64,000 nt of DNA, from the NCBI GenBank assembly GCA_045837725.1, contig JBEWZL010000216.1:372001-436000 (forward strand), given 5' to 3'. The notes beneath the pieces were generated by a model, which worked only from the letters and a program-made list of their open reading frames with translations, made no database searches and had not been told where the DNA came from. Numbering within the stretch: position 1 is the first letter of the stretch; each line of letters starts with the position of its first letter. Origin of the DNA: Vermamoeba vermiformis. Its lineage: Eukaryota. This document shows positions 48,805 through 60,805 of the stretch, one piece after another. Made by a program: the position numbers and the translations under genes.

Positions 48805-50636
48805 TTTTGAGATTTGTTACGAACTAGAAATTAAAAGAGGGTGGTTAATGATTTATTCTAACGGTTAATCAATTGTTTGGGACCCGATCGGCGGCAGATC
48901 TTTTTCGGGTCGCATCCGCCCGTTACAAAGATCCACCGCGCGAAATCAAGACCTTATGTCCTGACAAGGTAGCAAGTCTGAAAATGTGCGTTAAATACTT
49001 ACAATACGATTGGTGGTCTCGTGTTCGTTTAGAAAAACAAAAATTAAGCTTGTCTCTGTTGCAGATATTTTTCTTCGGTCAAACTCTGGTCAACGGGATC
49101 TTCTATTACTCCGACGCGTTCGGGCTTCATTCTGTTCGTGCCGTTGAGCAATGCAACGCGTCCGTAAGGTTCGGAGTTCTCGGGCCGATTTAAACTGAGC
49201 GGTGCCCGAACGGATCGGATCAGATCCCAGAATCAACCACCTCTTTTTAGTTTTTACCGCGCAATATTTTATTTAATTTCACTCTTCCAATACACATGCT
49301 GCCCAGTCGGTCACAACTCAACACATTACAGAACAGTTTTTTAAAAATTGTGTTGGCGCGGATCCACAAAGCCAGCCTTACTCCCTATTTAGAACCTTGC
49401 TCATCATTGCATTGTTATGCTCAATAAAGTACAGTGCAATTCTGGACAGCAATCTCCTCAAACTCAGCACCGTTTGTGCGAAAAGGCTCACGAAATTCGG
49501 TAAATTAATTGTCCGATCAATTGGGTGTTGGGATCCATGCAGCAACCTGACTCCTCTTATCTTATGATTCAATTTTCTAATTTAGACCTTGCGGTTGATT
49601 CATACGGGGACCTTCCGAACAATATACTACACTTGTGATTGAGCTCTCATAATTGAGGGCACTGCAGCAAATGCGTATAATAGAAGTGGCTATGATGAAG
49701 CAAGCGTAATTTTGCTAACCGAGTGTTTCGGGTCGTGATCCGATCTGACCGTTAAGGTGGGGAACTATGCGGGATTGCATTAAAGTGTCTTAAAATGTTT
49801 TCTTAGTGATTCTTTTGCAATGAACTGGAATGACCAATCCTTACAATTCAAGTAAAATTAAAATTACTTGATTTTGAGTTTGTTGTCAGATTCCGCAGAG
49901 AAGTTCAATTTTGCCGCCGACGTAAGAGTAACACCGTCTCATTTGTTTGAAGGAATTTTTAAAGCACAATTGCGTAAATTTATCTGTACCTCAGCTTTTG
50001 CGATGACGGTAGGCAATGGTACCTCGGTGGCAAGTTGCTTATCACTCTATGTACGATTATTTAGGCTACGCGCTTGGCATAATTTAAGATCGGCATTATG
50101 TTGTGTTGTGGTTGGTCTGAGGCTCGCAGGGGTCACTTTGTTTGTGTTCAGAAAGTCAGGGTCTGACTTGGCGCGAGAGTATTCTGGTGATCAGAACGTG
50201 ATTGCACACAAGTTAATTATTGCGAAGGCCACTTCTAGCAAGCTGACGAATATTGATGCGGCGAGCAGGCAGTGGTCTAACAGACCCAGATACGATCAAA
50301 AACAGGCTTGATAACTATGCTCGAGTGGCGCAGCTGTATGTATAACCATTAGCGCAATAATATTTAATCTAATTAAATTAGAGCTCTTAAATGGCAGCGA
50401 TCACCGGTGCATTGGCGTGGCCTCAATCGTACGACAGAATTTTAAGATCCAGAGAGTTTGAAAAACAAATTCAATAATGCACCAATTAAGCAATTACATG
50501 CCTCAAGTGATACTGAAATAATTATTCAATTTAATAATTATTTTATTTCCACGAAATTGGTCCACAGGCAAAAATTATGAGCTTCACTTCGGCGCGTTTT
50601 GCAGATCACGCTCTAATTATATTATTGATTTTATAG

Positions 50637-51892
50637 GTGCGATTATTGCCTATTGTACGCACCATAAAGAACCAGTACCCGAATGGAAAGGCTGCGGATT
50701 CACACAACTCAAACCCTTTTTAATGCACCTCGCGAGTCAAACTCGCATCCGCTTCGTGGGTGATCATGTAGTGCACCCTGACAACGAGGACAGCACGGTG
50801 GATATTGTCGGCTACGACGAGGACGAGAATTCAAATGATGCAGAGGAACTTCCACGAACACCGCTAAATCGTTCAACGTCGAGCACGGTTGTGACGCACG
50901 CCAAGGCCATTTCATCGCCCAAACTGAACAAGTCAAACTCGTTCTCAAAGGGAGCCAACAGCGGAAAATTAGTGAACTGTCCTGTGTGTCAGACCATGAT
51001 CGCTGAAGATGAAGTCAACAGACACTTGGACGAGTGCTTGAACATGCAAATGATAAACAGCGAGCAACAGAGTGGCGCCAACAACGCGGCGAATAACTTT
51101 GGTGCAGTGGCCAACAACAACCATTCGAGGAACACTGCCGCAGTCGCTGCGGTGGCCACGGTACCGCAGATTAATTTCTCGCAAGAAGACGAAGATGAAG
51201 TTTTGAATGTACCACGACGCAGTAATAGGTAAGGGACACTAGAGTCGAGTACATATTCACCGTCACTTACACTTTATTTCAGAGGTTTTACTGGCTTGGG
51301 CAAGCGAAGGCGACCAGCAGTAAGGCCTTTCGCGCCTAATAAACGAGGTCGATTCCTTTTTGGTGCGCAAGAGGAGCACGATGAAGACGACGAAGATGAC
51401 GAAGACGAAGAGGAAGAGGAAGAAGATCAACTTGTAAATAATAACAACAACAGACTGCGCCTTATCGCCGACCAAATCCGAACCATGCATCAGCAACAAG
51501 CTGAAGTTCGTGCAGCGCAAGTTAACAATCAGCCCAATCACGTGCATTTGAGTGACGACAGTGACGACGAAGACAATGAGAACAATGCGCAGGGTGGAGG
51601 GGACTCGCGATTTGCAGAGAAGATATTGGACCGCACACTCGCGGACAAGGAGTGTATCATTTGTTATATGCCCATGGAACGAGGTACGTGCACGCATGAA
51701 AGCTTCTAAAAACACTTCAATTAACACATCAATGCAGGTCAATTAGTGGCCACGATGCCCTGCTTCTGTCAGTTCCACAAAGGTAAGTCTAGCAAGATAC
51801 TCTACAGCAGTACTGATGCAATTACAGTGTGTCTGTTGGATTGGTTTGAAAAGCGTGAAGTCTGTCCAACCCACAGCGAGATGTCAATGTAA
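50637..51892 (+). CDS. ZNRF-like E3 ligase (UBZ zinc finger and RING-H2); 5' end unresolved, probably further upstream
   Basis: CPVCQTMIAEDEVNRHLDECL; spliced CIICYMPMERGQLVATMPCFCQFHKVCLLDWFEKREVCPTH. Confidence 0.8.
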
Positions 51893-51969
51893 ATAATGAA
51901 GTTTGTTTGTGACATAACTATGTAATATAAATGCGATTGAATAGACAGCAGCGTGGTGCTTTAACTAGA

Positions 51970-53705
51970 TTACAAGAAGAGGACAACAGCAAAGAGCAAT
52001 AACGACACTACTGGCACCGCAGAGCTGACACCAGAAGTAGCGCTGTTGGGTGATCTCGACGAGGGAGATTGACTGGTTGAAGGCGCAGTGACGAGCTCAT
52101 CACCGAACACCTTGCCGCTGTTGTAGAGGTAGTTTGACACTTGAATGGTCGCATTGACAGCAAAGTCACTCTGCACATAGAGCACTTCACGGCCCTCTCT
52201 TAGCACTCTGAATTCAGGGGCAGGACCGAACTCAAGAGGCACGTAAAAGGACTGCATTCCTGCAGCGACATCGCGCGTGTGATTGACACCGTTCATTGTC
52301 ACGATGAGTGTGGCCGGTGCATCGAGGAACGCGAGCATTTCAACAAAGTCCACGCCAGGGGCACCATTCACAGCTGTAAATGTGACATTCTGCGGTGTTG
52401 GCTGCACGACCTCCGAGTCAGTGCGCTGTGAGCGGTGGAAGTAATAGACTGCCTCGCGCTTCAGTGCTGGTGGCGCACCTGTTTTGAACCAGTGCGTGTA
52501 ATAGGCAGTCAAGTCGTAGAACGAGTCCCTGGTGCCGGTGGAAGGTGAAATAATGCTGTGCTCGGAGTAGTCGTTCCACGTGATCAAATGCACGTAGTCA
52601 GCACTGCCGTTGATCGCACTCTCCCAGCCATTGCGGAATGTCACCGAGCAGTTTGCCTCAGTAAAAATACCGCTCTTTGGACGAAAATCTTGCGGGGCTA
52701 CTGGTGCGAGCCTAATCGATCGGAGGTGAGCACAACTAGAGTCCCATTGAATTTGTTCACATCACTCACCACTTCAGACCGCTGTTGTGCACTGTGGGGC
52801 CGTCATTTCTCACGTCGTAACTTCCCTGTTTAGTTCTAGCGCCCCACGTGCTGAACCCTGAGTGACACGTGTCAGCCATTAGTCGACTTTAAGACTCAAT
52901 ATTACTTGCCCATGATAGAATCCCCCCAGTTGTCAAATGAGGCAGGCATGGAGAGTGGCACGGGAATGACTGAGATGTTGATACCTTCGCGCGCCAGTTC
53001 GCTCTTGGCTTCACTCCACCACGTCACGTTGTTGGGTATGAAAGGTGTCAACAGAATCCCGTTGTTCTCTGGCGTGCGGTACACAATGGGCGAGTCTTTC
53101 CACTGTCTCACGAGGTCTTTGATCTGGTCGGGATTGTCTTGCATGTCCGTGCCTGCAAAGTCGGGCATGAACACCACGCGGAATGTTGGATCGACTTGTT
53201 CAATCACGGATATTGAACGACTGCAAGATTAGTAAGAAAATATATTAATATATTAATCATTAATAAGGGCTTACTTAATACCGGGGTCTGTAGCGGTAAA
53301 GATGTCGATAATGAATCCGTCAATGCCTAGACTGCGCGCTCGTCGCACTTCATTGGCAAAGTCGTAGTCCTTGAAATTAGGGGCATTGATTGGTGGTCTC
53401 GGCCACGGTCTAGAGCGCAAAAATCCGCCGTACTTGTTCCACTTGGCTTCTACACCACCGGCATACGGATTCAGATAGCCAGTCGTGTAGTAATCGTTAT
53501 CTGGGTCCTTGTTGTCGATGGATAATGGAAAGTTGAACATATATAATGCAAAAACTTTTTTAGGTGAGGCACGCAGCTGATCTACAGGGGCTGTGTCGAA
53601 AAAGAATGTGGGTTGAAAGGCATCTGGCGATTCAAGAGCGGCCCCGACGCGCATGACATGAATCAATGCAAGTACCGCGAGCACGAGCAATATTCTGTAC
53701 CTCAT
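51970..53705 (-). CDS. GH71 alpha-1,3-glucanase-like protein, secreted, putative GPI anchor
   Basis: Signal peptide; KKVFALY, EVRRARSLGIDGF, LITWNDYSE, YYFHR; Ser/Thr-rich linker then hydrophobic C-terminus. Confidence 0.82.
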
Positions 53706-53806
53706 GGCTTGTGTTCGTGTTCGAGAGTGATTAGTTAAAGATTCAGCTGACAGCTCGTTAATTTTTGGCAGTTCGAGCTGACCGGTCAGTTTGAATCCGT
53801 CACAAA

Positions 53807-56110
53807 ATGAAAGTACCTCTAAAGTCATTAATAGTACTTGTCTTCGCTATAGTGCTATTCAAGTTTGTGTCCTTTGAATACACTTCAGAGGTAAGCAAAG
53901 TCATCGCGCTATGAAAATTTAAAAAATAAAGACTTGTTTGCGCATTTAATATAATCGCTCGTTAATAATAGTAAAAATCGTAATAATATTATGCTGACGT
54001 TTTTTAAAGCCCATCTCGCCTGCCAACGTGTACCGCTTTGATCCGCCGAAAGCCCCGGAGTTGTCAGGTCTTGCTTACCAAATCTTGACCAATGTGGCGG
54101 AATCGCCTTTAATTGGTGATTTTTTGATGACAAAAATCAAGTTTGACTCGAAGATCCCGCTCGTAAGAAAGTTTGCCAATGACCGTCCTCACACTGCCCC
54201 TACTGTCATGCCTCTCGTGGCATCAAGCGCTGAGGAGCATCAGCAGGCAACTAAGGATGCTGAGACATATAATGTGGATTATTTAGTCCAAGCTGAAGGT
54301 GACTTGAAGCGCAGTGCGGATCCGAAGAACTTCAAGTACTGGACCATTGAAGACTATGCTGCTGCTTATAGAAAGAAGCTCACTACACCCCTCGATGTCG
54401 CGAAGAGTGCCATTAATGCTATCCGTGCCTCAGAGTCAATGACAGTACGTTACTTTGCAACGTTTTGTTTTCACTGAAACTGATCACTTGCACGTGTTCA
54501 GCCCGCCATGAATATTTTCATCGAGTGGCGCGAACAAGAAATTCTCGCTCAAGCCGAGGCCTCTGCCAAGAGATTTGCTGCCGGCAAACCATTGAGTGTA
54601 TTGGACGGTGTGCCAGTCGCTGTGAAAGATGAGTTCCACATGGCTGGTTATGTCACCACTGGCGGCACTTCATTCTTGAAGAGTGTTCAAGAGCACGACG
54701 CTACTATTGGTAAGCACGTGGTGTATTTATGTGGTCCAAACTGACACGTGTCACTAGTCCGCCGCTTGAAAGAACTTGGTGCCATCATTCTCGGCAAGAC
54801 CAACATGCACGAGATTGGCATTGGCACGACTGGTGAGAACTGGAGCTGGGGTCACGCGCGCAATCCTTACAACGCCTCGCATCATACTGGTGGCTCTTCT
54901 GCTGGCTCTGCTGCCGCGGTTGCTAGTAAGTACTTTGTGTCATTCAATCACTGCTTGCAATAACACGTTGAACAGGTGGATTGGTTCCTGTTGCAGTATC
55001 TGCTGACGGTAAGCAGTAGATTATTATACACCTATTTCTAATGCCATGGTAGGTGGCGGAAGCATTCGTATCCCTGCCTGTTTGACTGGTCAGTACGGCG
55101 TCAAGGGCACATTCGGACGATTCTCTGAGCACGGAGCACTGTCATTGTGTCACAGGTAGAGTGCTTGTCGTTATTATCCCTCTTTTGCTAATTGCATGCC
55201 CGTGCAGTGTTGCTCATGCTGGTCCTATTGCTGCCACTCCTAAAGACGCAGGTGAGTCATAGTCTAACGGTTATTGAGAACAGCTTACTGAACATTGCAT
55301 TGCCAGCCATCTTCTACGCGCTGATCGCTGGTCCTGATGACCACGACAAGAACACGCAAATTCAACCTGCAGTGCACGTCAAGGACTACGACAAGACCAA
55401 GGACTTGAGTGATTTGACACTCGGTGTTTATCCCGCCTACTTTGAAGACGCCGATGCTGAAGTCGTTGCTGCGTGCTACAAAATGGTCAAAGAGTTTGAA
55501 CGCCGCGGCGCACGTGTTGTGAACATCACTCTGCCGCACATCAATCTCATTTACACCTCGCACGTGATCACCATTACTTCTGAGATGGCCACTAACTTTG
55601 GTAATTATCACAATCTGATTTGCATTGGTGCTAGACTAACACGCGACAGACACGTATTACCAACACCACCGCCAAGACTTCTCGTTGGACACGCGCACTA
55701 AGCTGGCCTTGGCTCGTGCCATGTCTGCACGCGATTACTACGCCGCACAACAGACGCGCACGTGGGCGATGGAGATGTTCGAAGACATTTTCACGCGTCA
55801 GAAGGTCGATGTCATCGTGTCACCTGTCACTGCTGCCACTGCCCCGCGCATCAAGGACGCGCCCAGCACGGACATTGCTTCCGTCGCCAAGTTGATGCGC
55901 TATGCTAACCCGTACAACATGATTGGTGCCCCGGCTGTCAGTGTGCCCGTTGGTTACGACGAGTTCAATCTGCCCATCGGCTTGCAATTGGCTGCCGATC
56001 ACTGGCAAGAGCACAAATTGTTGCGCTTGTCGAACGTCGCTGAACAAGTGGTCGCTCGTCGTGCCCCGAGTGTGTTCTTCGATGTGTTGGGCAATGCGCT
56101 CAAGAAATAA
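53807..56110 (+). CDS. Amidase-signature enzyme, fatty acid amide hydrolase-like, multi-exon
   Basis: LDGVPVAVKD, GKTNMHEIG, TGGSSAGSAAAVA, ADGGGSIRIPA, PAVSVPVGYD..LPIGLQ; N-terminal hydrophobic anchor. Confidence 0.92.
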
Positions 56111-56629
56111 GATCTATGTAAGTTGGATCGTAAACCTGATCTGATTAACCTATTACACAACCGCATAATTCTATTTAATATAATAATATATATTTTACCT
56201 TTTTTAAGATTTTACTGAACGAAATTTACCAGCGTAAATTAAAATTCGGTCTGCAGATGGTGAAGAAAAATTGTTAATCCACATCCACCGCTCGCCTTCA
56301 AGCTAAATATTGAAATAATTTTGCTCGCAAATATACGCCGGAATATTTGATAAGACCGAATTAACGCAGCGTTTTCATACAACACAAATCCGTTGCACAA
56401 TTTTACGTGGCACCCTGCAACCTCTTGCGCAATATTACACAAACCTGCTATATATGGAGCTGATTTAGGTCTTTAATCTGTTTGTGGTTGGTTGTTGTTG
56501 ATTTTCACGCCAGAAATGACAAAAATAATAGAGGTGTGATTTATTCCTCCTGGGATTGCAACCACGAACCAACAGCATTTTTCAATACCAATTTACCTTA
56601 GATAGCATAGACTATATCTCCGCTGGTGA

Positions 56630-59417
56630 ATGGAGCGAGACGACTGGCAAGGAAAGTGGTCTAAGATCACGCCGACGAACGAAGGTCCGCGGCCTCGGAG
56701 AGGTCACGTTGTTCGCAAGGTAAAGATTAATCATCATGATAATCAAAGGCGTATTAGTATTTACTTCTTTCAAGACTATTCAACCCTTTAATTTCGATAA
56801 TTTGACTTAAAACGCGAAAATAATCCAGTATTAACAAATTTCCAAAATTAATATCATTCTGAAGCAAATGTTGCATTCTATTATATCCCCTAACGATATG
56901 TTTTTTCCGATCAGATCGACAATAGCACGGTTTTAGTGTTTGGTGGATACCAATTCGGCAAAGATTTCGATTGGAGCGTGCAAACAAAGCTCTTCTACCT
57001 CGATTTAGGTGCGCATTCATACATGACGCTTTGATGCAACAGCGGAGAAATACTAACGCGAATTCATTAAAGATACGTTGCAATGGCGCTTAGAGACCGC
57101 TATTGGCGCACCAACACCGACCGATGGCCCCGGCATTAGCGTCGTAGGAGACAAAATAGCTTCGACTGGTGGATCTGTATTCACTGGCGGTGTATTTGAA
57201 ACAGCAAACACGACAGAAGTGCTTGATTTAGGTCCGACTTTCCATATTTAGACATGAATCGTTTTGCTGACATGACGCGCGTTCCTAGGCAAGCACCTCT
57301 TCCTGCCTGCCATCGAGTGCAACAACGGTGATGTCCTCGAGGCGCGCTGCTGGCACATGGCTGCAACTGTGAGAGTCAAGCATCGCAATCTCCGGCCAGT
57401 TATTTCAGCGCGAGTACATCCAGTCGCGCAGCAGTTGTATACTGATCCTCAACGCGAACAAGATTTTTGCATGGTGTTTGGAGGGCGCTGCAATGTGCTG
57501 AATAACGATGGCAGTTCTGTGGTTGGATTTCGTTATTACAATGACGTGATGTTATTAGATATAGGTAAGCACTCCATATACTCGTTATAATGACCATCGC
57601 ATTGCGCTTTAAACAGTTTATACCGGTTTCGGGTCCCATACAGCTTTTTTAGCCCCTTGCCATATTAGGATTATTTCAGATCCAGATCAGATCCACTAAC
57701 CGCTTCATTAATGCAGAACTAGGGCGCTGGGTACGCGTTCAAACAGGTCCCGGTCCGACACCACGCGCAGCAGTGGCCTTTTGGGTGGTGGCAAATCGCG
57801 TGTACATCTTTGGTGGCCGATACCGAGATCAAGACGAAAACAACTACTTCTACAACGACATGTGGTGCTTTGACGCGAATACATTAAAGTGGGAGCCAGT
57901 CGTCTGTTTTGGAGATATTCCGTCGATGTGTGCCGGAGCCACCGCCGAAGTCTTGACGCCGACCAAAGTATTGGTGACAGGTGGCTTTGTGATATACGAG
58001 AGCGAGAACGACTTTGAATATTACAATCGCGTGCACCTGTTTGATTTAGGTACGTTGTCGGCTAACACCCGATGAATAGCGTGTTAATTATTTTATGACA
58101 TGTTGACACGTGTCACCGAGATGTAACTGCATTGCATTTTTAATACAGAGACCAACACCTGGACCGAACTCAAATGCGGGGGTGAAGTGCCTGCGCCGCT
58201 GACAGCACACGCGTTGACTTTGATTGACCGCGAGACGATAATGGTGTACGGAGGTGACAATCGCGTGCAAACACGCCTCGTCACGCACAACTTGGGCTAT
58301 TTCCTGCACCTCGAGCCTGGTACGTGTTGTTTATGTCTCAATATCACTTTGGTAATTAATAATATTATTACCAGACTTGTTCTTGTCGCACTTGCAACGC
58401 GACTACTTGCGCATGATGCGAGTACATGACTCACACAACGATCACGTGATCCAAGTCGAGTCACGTGAGCTGCCAGTGCACTCAGAACTGCTCAGAAAAC
58501 GCTGTCCGAAACTGCTGGCAACGGCACAACAAGGAGTGATTCGCATTGACGACGGAAAGTTGAACTTCCACGTGATGAGTCTGTTTTTAGACTACCTCTA
58601 CGCCAATCACGTGACTATTCAGCGCGACATGCGTGTTTTGGCGCAGCTGCAGCACTGTGCCGAGAAGTACCAACAAACCCAACTCGTCTCTGAACTGCGG
58701 CAACAAGTCTCAGATTTGACACGTGTCAAGTACGAAGAGTACAGTTGCGCACTGGCCGAGTTAGGCTTGATCGATCACGTGATCACTCCCGAGCCATTTA
58801 ACAACGCACCACGCGAAGTGATCGGCAATCAGGAGTGGCAGCTCAATTTGGAGGCTATGTTATTCTATCCCAACACTACGGACTTTGCATTACACGTGAC
58901 AGATGAAGGTGGAGAACAGTTGCAATCTCCCGTCGAGATTTTCAATGTGCATCGATTCGTACTGGCAAGCAGATCTGAATTCTTCGCCGCTGCGATCAGA
59001 ATGGCACTACAGAGGAACCTTACTCATATTTTCGTGGAAGATATTAGCATCAGAGGAGCTAGAGCACTATTACTATATTTGTACAGCGACAACATGGTAT
59101 TGTTAGAGTCGATTGAGATCTGCCTCGAGGTGCTTCATTTTGCGACGTTCTCAGCGATGATAGCTGAGCCTAGACACGATAAAGTCATCAAACACTGCCG
59201 AGGGCTAGTAATTCAAGCACTGAGCCTCGACAACTGTTTGGATGTGTACGAGGCTGCACTGACGGTGAGCGATCCAGTGCTGCGGGAACAAATTAAGACA
59301 TGGATTGCGCAACGAGCGAAACTAATATTGAAGAAGAGTCACGAAGAAGGTCTGAAACTGCGCGATGAAATATTGCATGTATTATCGCCCGAAAAACCTC
59401 AGGTGGAAAGTCAATGA
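56630..59417 (+). CDS. Kelch-repeat plus tandem BTB protein (LZTR1-like architecture)
   Basis: Kelch motifs PRPRRGH, VFGG, YIFGG...YNDMWCFD; BTB motifs VHSELLRKRCP...FLDYLY and VHRFVLASRSEFF...LLYLYSD. Confidence 0.82.
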
Positions 59418-59654
59418 ACCGGAGCTTAGCTTCAACTGTACATATAATCGCGTCTTAGCATTGTAATAAAGTAGGCATAGCACATTGTAGTGATATTGAA
59501 TCGTTTTCAGAACTTTTCTATATTTGGCAATGTTACCCTGGTACCGTAACATTTTTAAAACCTCTACGTTATTAACATTAAATTCTGCACAGTTTATATA
59601 ACGAACACAATACGACACCGCAGTTAAAATCTTATTTTATATCAATTGATTACA

Positions 59655-60805
59655 ATGGGCAGCTTTGGGAGCAAGAACAAATCCAACAGAAAGAGTACGA
59701 TTATAAAAAGAAAAAGTGGAGCTACTACTAACAGTGGACCATCGTCTACTCGCCCAAGCGAAGTTTCAGTCAAAATATTGGTGATCGGAGATGTGGCCGT
59801 GGGCAAGACGAGGTAATTTTATTTTGTCCACGAACAATTCTTTTATGATTAAATTATAATACTATTATTTAATCCCGATATTTTTTTGATTGTTTATTTT
59901 TAACGCGTATTTTTGGCGCTTTAATGGATTTCAATTATTTTGGAGCCACATCCTTTACCGCGGGATCAGCGGCATTTATTCAACAATAAATTACCTTAAA
60001 TATATAATGAATAGAATGGATACTGATTAGATTATGTGCGTATCCCGTGTAACGTGCTAAATCTGTCAAACGTCATACCTCCCTCGAGGTTGAATTCAGA
60101 TATAATCAATGGATCTAACAACGCTTCTTTCTATAGTCTTGTACTACGTTATACTGAGAACAAATTCGACGAGAACCAAATCCCTACACTGGTTGGAGAT
60201 TATTGCTCGCGCTCGTTGGATGTCGATGGAAAAGTAATCAAAATGCAATTGTGGGATACTAACGGCCGTGAAAGGTATGAACAAAATATTGTAACATAAT
60301 AATAAAGCGATTTAATGACGATTTTTCTCTTCTTAGGTTCAACGCCTTAACATCCAGTTTCTACAGAGGTAATAGCCGTTACATCAATAGCAATATGATA
60401 GAGTGCCAGACATAACGAAATTATATAATTTAGGAGCCCATGGCATTCTATTTGCATTTTCAGTTTCAGATTCGGAGTCGTTTGCGAGCATAGAGAACTG
60501 GATGAACAGCGTTGAACAATTTGCGCGCGAAAAAGTCGTGCGATTTATTGTAGGCTTGAAGAACGATCTCACGACGGCGAGGACCGTGCAATATGAGACT
60601 GCTGAGGCCTTCGCTCAAAAACACAATATGACTTACATGGTACAGATCCCTCCACAATTACCAATTATCCAATATTTCTTGCGCAATATAATGTACTAGT
60701 GTTAATCATATTTTATAGGAATGCTCAGCGAAGAACAACAACGGCGTGGAAGAAGTTTTTTCAAAAATGGCGAATGTTATCAAAGACGGCCTTGAGGACG
60801 CGTAA
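59655..60805 (+). CDS. Atypical Rab-family GTPase (Rab1-like core), 5 exons
   Basis: KILVIGDVAVGKTS, KVIKMQLWDTNGRERF, TSSFYRGAHGI, VGLKNDL, ECSAK; N-terminus MGSFGS; ends KDGLEDA with no Cys. Confidence 0.9.

Larger units (their letters stand above)
131..58728. repeat. Dispersed highly iterated palindrome TGACACGTGTCA and variants
   Basis: Exact 12-mer seen at 131, 550, 1045, 3696, 9943, 21782, 22302, 23004, 37521, 37756, 40046, 52863, 54742, 58104, 58717 (hand count, minimum). Confidence 0.92.

Noticed and set aside
49692-49748. Box C (ATGATGA) and box D (CTGA) pair suggesting a C/D snoRNA
   Set aside because: Short, weak terminal stem, no rRNA guide I could identify, and it overlaps apparent splice signals
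49868-50311. 147-aa ORF
   Set aside because: TTG start, contains internal splice-like sites, no family; more likely mixed exon and intron sequence
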